Below are positions 21,183 through 30,560 of a stretch of 64,000 bases of DNA, in pieces; position 1 is the first letter of the stretch; each line of letters starts with the position of its first letter. The position numbers and the translations under genes are program-made. Source of the stretch: Candidatus Latescibacterota bacterium (GTDB lineage: Bacteria; Latescibacterota; UBA2968; UBA8231); contig CBDAOB010000005.1 in NCBI GenBank assembly GCA_965197905.1, positions 2,400,001 to 2,464,000 on the forward strand, in the 5' to 3' direction. Below the pieces are notes generated by a model. The model saw only the letters and a program-made list of their open reading frames with translations. It made no database searches and was not told where the DNA came from.

Positions 21183-23567
21183 ATGCGATTTAGTTATCAA
21201 CGGCTGGTTCACTACATATACCACCACTATCTCAGCATAATTGGAGTCGCAACCTTGCTGACCTTGGTTGCAGTCTATTTTGCCGGACAGCTCCGCGTCA
21301 AAAGCAACATCGTAAACTTGCTGCCCGCCGACCACGTAAGCGTCAGCGAGCTGACCAAAATACAGGAACGCGTCGGAGGCATCGGACCGTTGATGATCGT
21401 TATCACCGGAGACGATATCGACAAGTCGTTGGACTTCATGCTTGCCCTTGCGGACTCGTTGGAACACAACGCCTACATCAGCTCCGTCAGCCGTGGCAAG
21501 GATACGCAATTTTGGAGCAAGAACCGGCTGCTATATATGGACATGGAGGACCTGGAGACCATTCACTCTAGGGTTGCATATTTCATAGAGGAAGAAAAGG
21601 TCCGCCGCTCACCCCTGTACTTTGCCTTCGAAGACGAAGAAGAGAACGTGCTGGATTTTTCCGACCTGGAAGAGAAGTACCAGGGAACGGGCACCTCAAA
21701 GCGGCAGGACAACTATTATCTCACGAAAGAGGGAAACGGGGTCATTCTTAGACTTTACCCCGGCGGAATCATCACCGACGTCTCGTTTAATCAGCTGCTT
21801 TTCGAAAGCCTCGACCGGACCATCGCAGCCATCGAGCCGAAAAGCTATCACCCCAGCATCGAATACCGCTACAAGGGAAGCTTCAAGAACAGTTCGTACG
21901 AATACAAGCTGGTTATTGACGATCTGAAGTCGACGGCGGTTTACGGATTGCTGGGGGTTCTGGTTCTCATATCGGTCTACTTTCGCCAGGTTTTTGCTTC
22001 CCTCTTCATCGTCTTTCCGTTGCTGATGGGCGTTGCGTGGACCTTCGGCCTCACCTACCTGGTCATCGAAAATCTGAATCTCGTTACGGTCGGATTGTTC
22101 GCCATACTATTCGGGTTGGGCATCGACTTCGGGATTCACATCTTCGCCCGCTACCGCGAGGCACGCCGCCGGGGCGTCGACATTGAAGCAGCGCTGAGCT
22201 TGACGGTTGTCCACACCGGAAGCACGCTTACCACAACGGCCATAACGACTTCGGGCGCTTTTTTCTCGCTAATGGTAACCGAGTTCAAAGGATTCTCCGA
22301 ATTCGGTTTCATCGTGGGTTGCGGGATACTCTTTTCTCTCGCGGCCATGTTGGTCGTATGTCCCGCCTTCATCATACTCGCCGAGCGTCTCCGAGTCATC
22401 AAATTGAGCCAGAGCAACGTTCCGGCACACCTGTTCAGGCGCGGCAAATATCCGTTCGCACAACTGACCGTATTGTTGGCCGCAATCGCCACCGGCTATT
22501 CGATATACCACGTGTCCAGCCTCGAGTTCGAGTACGATTTCAGCAAGCTGAAACCTGCCAAACCCGTGCAAGAGCCAGGAAGTCTGCCGGAATCGTTGAA
22601 GGAAACTCGGTCGCCGGCTATCGTGCTGACGGAGAGTTTTGAGGAAGCTTCGGAAGTGGTTGCAACCGTGAAGAAAATCAAGGCCATCAACGGAGATTCT
22701 TCGACGGTCAGCTCGGTGAGGAGCGTCTATTCCGCGCTGCCCAGACGCCAGCCGGAGAAACTCGATCTCATCGATCGGATAGAGACGCTAATCGACGAAT
22801 CCCAGAAGTATCTGGATCAAGTCCAGAAGGACAAGGTCGACTCGCTGAGCCCGTACCTGGAGGTAACACAGCTCGAGCTCAGCGACCTCCCGGAGGACAT
22901 TACCAAACAGTTCTCCAGCAAAAATGGCGAACTTCTTGATATCGTCATGATCAACTCCGCCGTGCCTCTGAAAGACGGCCGCCAGGCTATACGTTTTGCC
23001 GAGGAGGTGAAGAAGATCAACACCCCCTCCGGCAGGGTGTATCACGCATCGAGCGCCCACATAATCTTCGCCGAGATGCTGGAGATCATGCTCGATGACA
23101 GCGCTGTAGCGATCGTGCTCACGTTATTGGTCGTTTCGCTGGTATTGTTCATAGATCTGAGAAACCTTACGCAAACCCTTCTCGTTCTTACGCCGCTGCT
23201 CACAGCCTTGGTGCTGATTACCGGATTCATGTATCTGTTCGACATAAAGTTGAATCTGTACAACATGGTAGCCTTTCCGACAGTCATCGGCATGGGTATC
23301 GACAACGGGGTCCATATTTTTCACAGATACCGGGAAGAAGGAGCGGGTTCGTTGCGTCTCGTCCTTAGAACCACGGGTGTGGCCTTGCTGGCCACAACCA
23401 TGACGACGATGGTCGGATTCTCCGGTCTGATTCCCGCAAATCACCCTGCTCTGCCTTCGATCGGTATACTCTCGCTCATCGGCCTTGGATGCTGTTTCGT
23501 AACGGCCGTTACGCTGCTGCCTGCACTGTTGCAACTACGCGAGAACCGCAACCGTCCACGCGAATAA
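21183..23567 (+). CDS. MMPL/RND family lipid transporter (HpnN-like)
   Basis: Two RND halves with GLGIDFGIH and GMGIDNGVH motifs. Confidence 0.9.
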   Translation: MRFSYQRLVHYIYHHYLSIIGVATLLTLVAVYFAGQLRVKSNIVNLLPADHVSVSELTKIQERVGGIGPLMIVITGDDIDKSLDFMLALADSLEHNAYISSVSRGKDTQFWSKNRLLYMDMEDLETIHSRVAYFIEEEKVRRSPLYFAFEDEEENVLDFSDLEEKYQGTGTSKRQDNYYLTKEGNGVILRLYPGGIITDVSFNQLLFESLDRTIAAIEPKSYHPSIEYRYKGSFKNSSYEYKLVIDDLKSTAVYGLLGVLVLISVYFRQVFASLFIVFPLLMGVAWTFGLTYLVIENLNLVTVGLFAILFGLGIDFGIHIFARYREARRRGVDIEAALSLTVVHTGSTLTTTAITTSGAFFSLMVTEFKGFSEFGFIVGCGILFSLAAMLVVCPAFIILAERLRVIKLSQSNVPAHLFRRGKYPFAQLTVLLAAIATGYSIYHVSSLEFEYDFSKLKPAKPVQEPGSLPESLKETRSPAIVLTESFEEASEVVATVKKIKAINGDSSTVSSVRSVYSALPRRQPEKLDLIDRIETLIDESQKYLDQVQKDKVDSLSPYLEVTQLELSDLPEDITKQFSSKNGELLDIVMINSAVPLKDGRQAIRFAEEVKKINTPSGRVYHASSAHIIFAEMLEIMLDDSAVAIVLTLLVVSLVLFIDLRNLTQTLLVLTPLLTALVLITGFMYLFDIKLNLYNMVAFPTVIGMGIDNGVHIFHRYREEGAGSLRLVLRTTGVALLATTMTTMVGFSGLIPANHPALPSIGILSLIGLGCCFVTAVTLLPALLQLRENRNRPRE

Positions 23568-23595
23568 ACCGAACTTTCCAGGCATCTCACCGGGC

Positions 23596-23626
23596 AAAAA
23601 AAAACCGGTTGAATGATTCAACCAGG
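23596..23626 (-). terminator. Rho-independent terminator downstream of tRNA-Gly
   Basis: Minus strand GGTTGAA-tca-TTCAACC hairpin followed by a T9 tract. Confidence 0.6.
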
Positions 23627-23664
23627 CTGCTCGCTTGCCACTACCTGAAGGCTAATTGTAATAG

Positions 23665-23740
23665 TGGAGCGGGAGACGGGACTCGAACCCGCGACAGCTT
23701 CGTTGGCAACGAAGGGCTCTACCAACTGAGCTACTCCCGC
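23665..23740 (-). tRNA. tRNA-Gly(GCC)
   Basis: GCGGGAGTAGCTCAGTTGGTAGAGCCCTTCGTTGCCAACGAAGCTGTCGCGGGTTCGAGTCCCGTCTCCCGCTCCA: 76 nt cloverleaf, anticodon GCC, encoded CCA. Confidence 0.97.
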
Positions 23741-23766
23741 CCCGCATTTCCGAAAACAAGGGTGGA

Positions 23767-23795
23767 AATATACCCATGGCTGCGAACTTCGTCAA
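23767..23795 (-). promoter_or_regulatory. sigma70 promoter of tRNA-Gly
   Basis: TTGACG-N17-TATATT, -10 box ending 27 nt before the tRNA; overlaps the nominal ATG of the divergent CDS. Confidence 0.6.
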
Positions 23796-26700
23796 GATAA
23801 TCACCTCCTATGCGGCGGCCCTGTCGATGTTGTTCATCGGTTGTTCCAACGATGGCCCCACGCAGGCTCAACGCGATGCCCGGTGGCACAACAATCAAGG
23901 TGTGGTTCAGATGGACCAACACCAATACGCCCGAGCCGTCGAGGAGTTCAAAGCGGCTGTTGTATTGGACGAGGGTTATGCGATCGGCCTGGCCAATCTG
24001 GGTATCGCTTACTTCAGCTTGGGGAAATATGACAGCGCCGCAGTTTCGGTCGAGCGGGCATTGCAGTCGGATTCCGCAAACCGGCACGCAAACTATACAC
24101 TGGGATTGATCTACAGTGCCCAAGGAACGCAATACGATTCCGCTCTATCAGCTTTTGAGCGCGTCGCCGTCGCAGACGACGAGGATCCTTTGGTCTATTA
24201 CTATCGCGGACAGGTCAAGGCTAAGATGGGACGATCCGAGAGCGCGATTGAGGACTTCAAGGCATCTATACACCTGGATTCGTTGAATGTGTCTGCCTTC
24301 TATGCGTTGGCGAATCAGTATCGCAGAATCGGCCAAAAAGAGAAATGGCTGGAGACCTTGAATCGGTTCAACCAGCTGAGCCAGAATGGGCACGGCGGAG
24401 TGAGTTCATCCTACCAGGGCCAGGGTAAATACGCGGAAGTGGTTGCGGATGCAAGCCTTGCCAGGCCCGATGAAGAGGATAGAGGCGGTCCCTTCCGATT
24501 TACAACAGAAAACGTTTCGGTTTCGGGTCGGTTTGCGAGCATCGGTGACCTGGATCAAGACGGCGACCCCGATCTCTTGGTCGGCGACGGAAGGATTCTG
24601 TTGTTGGAGAATCACGGTGGGGAGTTGTCCGGCGGGGCCGATCTGGGAGACTCCGCATGGACCGCCCAAGGTTCCGCAATCGGTGATCTGGATAACGATG
24701 GCCGGCAGGATCTCGTATTTTTCGGGGCTGGCTACCGGCTTCTGCGTCAAAACCCTGAGGGTTTCTGGAGTCATTACCAGGAGATACCCGGGGACGACGA
24801 CGAAGGGGTCCTGGCTGATCCGGATCACGACGGCGACCTGGATCTTCTCGCTCTGCGATCGCGCGGGTTGCGCTACTTCTACAACGATGGGACCGGCGCC
24901 TTCGTCGCCGAGTCGGACTCTAGCGGGCTATTCGCGAATGGCACCATCGACAAGGTGGAATGCTCCGACCTGGACAACGATCGCGACCTGGACTGCATCG
25001 CACTGTCGTCGGGTGTGCTACTCCACTTTTCGAACAATCGAGATGGCACGTTTTCCAGATTCCAAATCGAGCTCCAGCCGGAACACTCCTCGGTGCTGGA
25101 TTTCGTCATTGAAGACTTTACCCAGGACGGCTCCATGGACCTGGCGGTGCTTCTGCCGCTCGGCGAGATCGGCTTGTATGAGAGCGCGGCGGGGAACGCC
25201 TTCGAATCGATTGGCAGCGTGAGAAGCACAGATGATTCCAAGCGGACCGTTGTTGCGGCCGATCTTGACAACGATGGCGACCTGGATCTGGTTGCCGCCG
25301 GCGCGGAGGGAATGCATGCGGCCGCGTATTATCGGAATCAACTAGATCTACACAGTGATGCCATAATCGACCAACCGGCAACCCATGTTCTGGCAGCCGA
25401 CTTCAATCTCGACGGAGCTGTCGATCTCTGGGCAGATGGGGTGATGTTGCGAAACGAGTTGGTTACCCAGAATTGGCTCTCGGTTTCGCTGGAGGGCTTG
25501 AACAGCAATCGGGATGGCGTTGGCGCCAAGATTGAGGTCAAGTCGGCGAACCGGCTGCAAAAACGGGAGGTCAAGGGCAATGGCGATAGCTACGTCGTCG
25601 CGAATTTCGGCCTCGCCGGTGCCGACTCCGTTGAGTTCGTCCGGATTCTTTGGCCCAGCGGGGTGCGGCAAACGGAATCGGCTATGGCAGCCAACCGATC
25701 CTTGCGGTTGACGGAACTCAATCGCAAGGGAACCTCATGCCCCATCGTCTACGCGTGGGATGGTGAGCGCTTCAAGTTCGTTTCTGACATCATGGGAGGG
25801 GCGATCATCGGCTACCTTCTTGGACCCGGCGAATACAACCGGCCCGACACGGACGAGTATCTCCCCCTTGGCGAGATCGCCACGAAGGATGGCTGCTACA
25901 TCATTCAACTGGCCAATCAGCTGGAGGAGATCATCTATGCAGACGCTTTGCACCTCATAGCTGTGGATCATCGAACGGGCACGATGGTTTTCCCCAACGA
26001 GAGATTGCTGTCGGAACCACCCTATCCCCAATCCGACATCTTTGCGCTAGAGGGGTTGCGTTCTCCTGTGCGGGCTGAAGATCATCTCGGGACCGACGTC
26101 CTCGCGAAGATTCTCGCTGTCGACGGCGATTGGATCGAAAGTTTCGAAACCACCGGGATCCATGGCTACGTGAGCGATCACCACGTGACCCTGGACCTGG
26201 GAGATCTTAACGATGCAGCTCGCCCCGTACTCGTGGCGCACGGATGGGTGGACTACGCCCATTCTACCTCCAACTGGGCGGCAGCTCAGCGGGGATTGGC
26301 TCTCTATCCGCCCACTCTCGAGGTGATCGACGAAACCGGAAAATGGGTACAGGTAACATCTGACATGGGGGTTCCAGCCGGATTGCCCAAATACATGGTC
26401 TTCGATCTGACAGACCTTTTCCCAAGCGACGACTACAGGATTCGAGTGGCGACCAACGCTGCCGTATACTGGGATCAGTTTTTGATAGGTTCGGCTGTGG
26501 ATGACGTCGCTGCTATCCATCGGCTCGCGCCCACGCGCAGTGACTTGCATTGGCGCGGCTATCCAGAGCACACTTCGATCAACGGAACCTTTGCTTTTAC
26601 GTATGAGTACGGAAACCTGAAGCAAACAGCCCCATGGGGCAGCCATTCCGGGAGCTACACGCGCTTCGGCGACGTCACGCCGCTCATGCGGGAGGTGGAC

Positions 26701-26985
26701 GATCGTTTCGCGATCCTATTCCACGGTGACGAGTTGACCGTCGAGTTTCGAGATACCCTGCCTGAGCTTTCCGCAGGCAACAGCCGCACGTTCCTACTGT
26801 ACGCCGACGGATTTGGCAAGGATATGGACTATCACTCCGCCTATTCCCTGTCGGTCGAACCTCTCCCCTTTCACGGCATGTCCGGATATCCGTATGCGTC
26901 CAACGAGGAGTATCCTCGGAGTCGGGAAAACCAGGCATACAGGCAGGAGTACAACACGCGTCGTATCAGGGGATACTTCGAGTGA
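23776..26985 (+). CDS. TPR + FG-GAP repeat + ASPIC/UnbV (CRTAC1-like) lipoprotein
   Basis: Lipobox LFIGC, N-terminal TPRs, repeated D-x-D-x-D-G-x-x-D-L motifs, SNRDGVGAKI..FGL..WPSG ASPIC motif, conserved-looking C-terminal domain (SCPIVYAWDG..GFGKDMD). Confidence 0.85.
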   Translation: MAANFVKIITSYAAALSMLFIGCSNDGPTQAQRDARWHNNQGVVQMDQHQYARAVEEFKAAVVLDEGYAIGLANLGIAYFSLGKYDSAAVSVERALQSDSANRHANYTLGLIYSAQGTQYDSALSAFERVAVADDEDPLVYYYRGQVKAKMGRSESAIEDFKASIHLDSLNVSAFYALANQYRRIGQKEKWLETLNRFNQLSQNGHGGVSSSYQGQGKYAEVVADASLARPDEEDRGGPFRFTTENVSVSGRFASIGDLDQDGDPDLLVGDGRILLLENHGGELSGGADLGDSAWTAQGSAIGDLDNDGRQDLVFFGAGYRLLRQNPEGFWSHYQEIPGDDDEGVLADPDHDGDLDLLALRSRGLRYFYNDGTGAFVAESDSSGLFANGTIDKVECSDLDNDRDLDCIALSSGVLLHFSNNRDGTFSRFQIELQPEHSSVLDFVIEDFTQDGSMDLAVLLPLGEIGLYESAAGNAFESIGSVRSTDDSKRTVVAADLDNDGDLDLVAAGAEGMHAAAYYRNQLDLHSDAIIDQPATHVLAADFNLDGAVDLWADGVMLRNELVTQNWLSVSLEGLNSNRDGVGAKIEVKSANRLQKREVKGNGDSYVVANFGLAGADSVEFVRILWPSGVRQTESAMAANRSLRLTELNRKGTSCPIVYAWDGERFKFVSDIMGGAIIGYLLGPGEYNRPDTDEYLPLGEIATKDGCYIIQLANQLEEIIYADALHLIAVDHRTGTMVFPNERLLSEPPYPQSDIFALEGLRSPVRAEDHLGTDVLAKILAVDGDWIESFETTGIHGYVSDHHVTLDLGDLNDAARPVLVAHGWVDYAHSTSNWAAAQRGLALYPPTLEVIDETGKWVQVTSDMGVPAGLPKYMVFDLTDLFPSDDYRIRVATNAAVYWDQFLIGSAVDDVAAIHRLAPTRSDLHWRGYPEHTSINGTFAFTYEYGNLKQTAPWGSHSGSYTRFGDVTPLMREVDDRFAILFHGDELTVEFRDTLPELSAGNSRTFLLYADGFGKDMDYHSAYSLSVEPLPFHGMSGYPYASNEEYPRSRENQAYRQEYNTRRIRGYFE

Positions 26986-27007
26986 AGGGATTGAGACGGT
27001 TTCGTAT

Positions 27008-27949
27008 CTATTCGACGTCGTAATCCATGGCGCAGCGAAAACCGATGTACTCCTGTGAGGTGGCCGACATGGCGAAATGGCGCGCAACAGATCTGATATC
27101 CATCCTGTTGCCCTGGAATCCGCCACCGCGATACACCTTGCGGTTGCCGCTCGGAGGGCCTTGCGGATCGAGATCTGTGCTTGACTGGTAATACTGATCG
27201 TCATACCAGTCGTTTACCCACTCTCCGACGTTGCCGCACATGTCCCACGCCCCTGACGCGGCCTGGCCGCGAGGGAATTTGTCGATGTCTGTAGTCTTGC
27301 CGTCTGGATTGTCATAGTTCGCACAATCGGGATTACAGGTTCGCCCCCAGGGGTAGTCGAATGTTTGGTCGCCTCGCGCCGCCCACTCCCATTCAGCTTC
27401 TGTCGGCAGACGTTTGCCGATCCAATCGGCGTACGCTTTGGCGTCTTCCCAGGAGACGTTTACCACCGGATGGCTAGCGCGGCGCGCCTCGGGAAAGGTA
27501 CGATTCCTCCAGTGAACCGGTACGCGATGATCCGTCGCGTCGACAAAATCCTTGTACTGTAGATTGGTGACCTCGAACCGGTCGAGGTAGAATTGGGTGA
27601 TGGTAACCTTGTGTTCCGGCTGCTCATCGATGTGACCAGAGGTGGCTGAGCCCATCTCGAAGGTACCACCCGCTACGAGGATCATCTCTTTCGTATTGAG
27701 CTCCTCCTGCAGCCCGACGCGCTTCTCCTCAAGTTCCTCGATTTCCTTGCTCATCGAGGCGATGGATTGTTGGATATCCTGAGTATTCGTCTCCGATTGG
27801 CTGATCTTGTCGGAGTAGCCCTCCTTGCGGGAGCTCACCGAGTCTATCCCTGGCGCCATCCGGGCGAGTTTCTTGCGGTAGTCGATGAGCTGATGAATCC
27901 AGATGAAGGTGCAGATAATTATGATGAACGCATATGTCCAGTCACCCAT
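27008..27949 (-). CDS. Membrane-anchored coiled-coil + SUMF1/FGE-sulfatase-domain protein
   Basis: Start at MGDWTY (27949); TM, coiled coil, then FEMGS, EVTN, PVVNVSW, RLPTEAEWE, DMCGNVGEW, GFRC. Confidence 0.85.
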   Translation of the reverse strand: MGDWTYAFIIIICTFIWIHQLIDYRKKLARMAPGIDSVSSRKEGYSDKISQSETNTQDIQQSIASMSKEIEELEEKRVGLQEELNTKEMILVAGGTFEMGSATSGHIDEQPEHKVTITQFYLDRFEVTNLQYKDFVDATDHRVPVHWRNRTFPEARRASHPVVNVSWEDAKAYADWIGKRLPTEAEWEWAARGDQTFDYPWGRTCNPDCANYDNPDGKTTDIDKFPRGQAASGAWDMCGNVGEWVNDWYDDQYYQSSTDLDPQGPPSGNRKVYRGGGFQGNRMDIRSVARHFAMSATSQEYIGFRCAMDYDVE

Positions 27950-28050
27950 GATTGGCGTTTCCCTGCTTGACGGTTGTTCTACCCAGGCGGATATTTCGTG
28001 TGATCCCGTTCCGCCGTTCCTAGCCAGCCCAAGATAACCGAAACCCGACA

Positions 28051-30153
28051 ATGCTGAAGAGACTTGCTGTTCTCATCGCCGTCCTCGGAGCAACCTATTT
28101 GTTGCTCTTCCTGGGGACCTATCTGGCTTTCAACGACAATCTACCCGACATCGACGATTGGAGTTTTCAGCCGAAGCGGATCACCAAGGTGTATTCGGCA
28201 GACGGCCAGCACCTCAAGGATTTTCTCGAGGAGAACCGGGAAATCCTGACTTACGACGAGATTCCGAAGTCGATGCGCAGCGCCCTCATCGCCACGGAGG
28301 ACCAGCGATTCTTTTCCCACTGGGGAATCGACATTCGAAGAATCTTCGGAGCCACATTCGCCAACGTCAAATCGCTTAATATGACAGCTCAAGGAGCCAG
28401 TACGATTACCCAACAACTGGCTCGCAACTTGTTTACGAAGGTTGGTCGCCAGAGAGGAAGCGAGTCGCTGGATGCTGTGCGAGCCGGCTACGCCCGCAAG
28501 ATGCGTGAGCAGATTACGGCGGTTAACATCGAGCGCCGGTACACGAAACGCGAAATCCTGACGATGTACCTCAACACCGTGTACTTCGGCCACGGGTGTT
28601 ACGGCTTGAAATCTGCCGCCCGATATTATTTTGACAAAAATGTGAAGAATCTGCAAGTCGAAGAATCCGCCCTTTTGGTCGGCCTCCTGAAGGCGCCAGC
28701 AACCTACAGTCCTATACGCAATCCGCATCGAGCCACTAAGCGCCGCAATCAGGTCCTGCTCAATATGACGAAGATTGGCAGGTTGTCGCGCACAACTTAT
28801 ACACGGCTCAAAGGAAGGGAGATTCGGCTGCGGAGAAGACGTCTTGCCGAGACCTACGGTCTGGCTCCCTACTTTGTCGAACACATTCGCCAACGGCTGA
28901 ACCGGCAATTCGGCTCCTCCCTCTATCGAGACGGATTCACGGTACACACAACCTTGAACTCGCAGCTGCAGAGAATCGCGGAAAGATATTTTGAAATCGA
29001 GATCGGAAAAGTGCAGGCGCGGGTCGACCAATACCTGGCAGAGCAGGATTCGACCTCCGCCGCGGTCGACTCCAACGCCATCGTACAGGCGGCGTTCGTG
29101 GCGATGGACCCTGGTACGGGGCGGGTTTTGGCGATGATCGGCGGCCGCAATTTCGAGGAAAGCAAGTTCAACCGCGCCACGCAGGCTAAACGGTTGCCCG
29201 GTTCATCGTTCAAACCCTTCGTGTTTACCGCTGCCATCGACAACGGTCGGTTTCCCATCGATATATTGGACGACAACGCCGTCACTATATGGGAAAGGGA
29301 TGGCGAGCTTTGGGACCCGGAGAATTACGATCGGAAATTCAAAGGCCCCATGACGTTAAGGGAAGCGTTCAAGCAATCCCGCAACCTCATCGCCATCAAG
29401 CTGGCGCAAGAGATCGGACCCGGCCTCATCAAGAACTACGCCCGACATATGGGAATAACCACTAGAATTAGCGCCGTTCCTACCATTGGAATCGGTACCA
29501 GCGCTGTCCACCTATTGGATCTCGTCGCGGCGTACTGCGTTTTTCCCAACAAAGGTGTCTATGTCGAGCCGGTCGTGACCGCCCGTGTGGAGGACTGGGA
29601 GGGAAACAGGGTTTTCGAGCGCGCCGCGGGACGAAAACGCGAGGTTCTGCGACCTGCGGCTGCCATCGTCATGACGGACATGTTGCGTTCCGTCATCGAC
29701 GAACGGGGCGGCACCGGCCACCGGATTCGATCGGGCTACCGCTTCAAACCGGCCGCCGCAGGCAAAACCGGGACCACCAACGACTATGCAGACGCCTGGT
29801 TTATCGGATTCACCCCACACATAGTAGCGGGGGTGTGGGTGGGAATGGACGATCAGAGTCTGGCGTTGTGGCCGAAACAGGCCGGATCCGTGGCAGCGTT
29901 GCCGCTCTGGGTGCAATTCATGAAAGAGGTTTACTCGGAGGTAGATTACTACAAGGAGCGCGCCGACGAAACGTTCGACTATCCGGAGGAGTTAGTCGTT
30001 CGCCTGGCGGTCTGCAACGTTACCCACAAAATCGCCACGAGGTACTGTCCCGATCAGGCCGAAGATCTGTTCATCAAGAACGAACCGGTACCAAGCGGTT
30101 GCGTATTGCACAGTTCCGCCCGCAGCCACAACGGTCGGATCCAGCGCTTTTGA
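28051..30153 (+). CDS. Class A penicillin-binding protein (PBP1A family)
   Basis: Transglycosylase EDQRFFSHWGID and GASTITQQLARN; transpeptidase SSFK, SRN, KTG. Confidence 0.95.
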   Translation: MLKRLAVLIAVLGATYLLLFLGTYLAFNDNLPDIDDWSFQPKRITKVYSADGQHLKDFLEENREILTYDEIPKSMRSALIATEDQRFFSHWGIDIRRIFGATFANVKSLNMTAQGASTITQQLARNLFTKVGRQRGSESLDAVRAGYARKMREQITAVNIERRYTKREILTMYLNTVYFGHGCYGLKSAARYYFDKNVKNLQVEESALLVGLLKAPATYSPIRNPHRATKRRNQVLLNMTKIGRLSRTTYTRLKGREIRLRRRRLAETYGLAPYFVEHIRQRLNRQFGSSLYRDGFTVHTTLNSQLQRIAERYFEIEIGKVQARVDQYLAEQDSTSAAVDSNAIVQAAFVAMDPGTGRVLAMIGGRNFEESKFNRATQAKRLPGSSFKPFVFTAAIDNGRFPIDILDDNAVTIWERDGELWDPENYDRKFKGPMTLREAFKQSRNLIAIKLAQEIGPGLIKNYARHMGITTRISAVPTIGIGTSAVHLLDLVAAYCVFPNKGVYVEPVVTARVEDWEGNRVFERAAGRKREVLRPAAAIVMTDMLRSVIDERGGTGHRIRSGYRFKPAAAGKTGTTNDYADAWFIGFTPHIVAGVWVGMDDQSLALWPKQAGSVAALPLWVQFMKEVYSEVDYYKERADETFDYPEELVVRLAVCNVTHKIATRYCPDQAEDLFIKNEPVPSGCVLHSSARSHNGRIQRF

Positions 30154-30240
30154 CGTTTCGATTCATCGTTTGGGAGGCAGCGACAGGAAATCGTCGCCGG
30201 TGGCGGGCTAAAATCCGCGGCGCCGAGGTGTGGTAGGGCC

Positions 30241-30549
30241 CTACTCTTCCAGCTTGAATTTAGTGGGCTTTCGGCGGCGCTCGCGCTGCCGGTATTCCTC
30301 TACCTTCTTGCCGGTCTCGGCGAGTTCCTTCTCCATCTCGCTGATCTCTTTCTGCAACGCCTCGACCGTTTCTTTGGTCGTGTTGGCGGCAGTTTCTTCG
30401 GTCTCGATTTTCATCTCGCATTGCCGGATTTCCTGCCGCGCGAGATCCGCCTTCGGTTTCAAGGCGGACGAGGAATTGAGGTAATCCACGATTATCCACA
30501 CCAGGAAACCACCCGCGCCCAGCGCTATTGTAACATACACCCAGGCCAT
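30241..30549 (-). CDS. Small membrane-anchored coiled-coil protein
   Basis: N-terminal TM followed by an E/K-rich heptad region. Confidence 0.75.
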   Translation of the reverse strand: MAWVYVTIALGAGGFLVWIIVDYLNSSSALKPKADLARQEIRQCEMKIETEETAANTTKETVEALQKEISEMEKELAETGKKVEEYRQRERRRKPTKFKLEE

Positions 30550-30560
30550 TCTTCACCCGT

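Noticed and set aside
16810..23567. Hopanoid biosynthesis cluster (HpnL/M/N-like genes)
   Set aside because: No squalene-hopene cyclase or other hpn synthesis genes in the window; these transporter families are not hopanoid specific.
5358..23740. Genomic island integrated at tRNA-Gly
   Set aside because: No integrase and no duplicated tRNA 3' end found by eye.
24540..25430. Recurring GACCTGGA/GACGGCGAC motifs as a possible repeat array or CRISPR
   Set aside because: They encode FG-GAP protein repeats; there is no constant repeat-spacer periodicity.
27008..27949. Diversity-generating retroelement target (FGE-type CLec fold)
   Set aside because: No reverse transcriptase or template repeat seen in the window.
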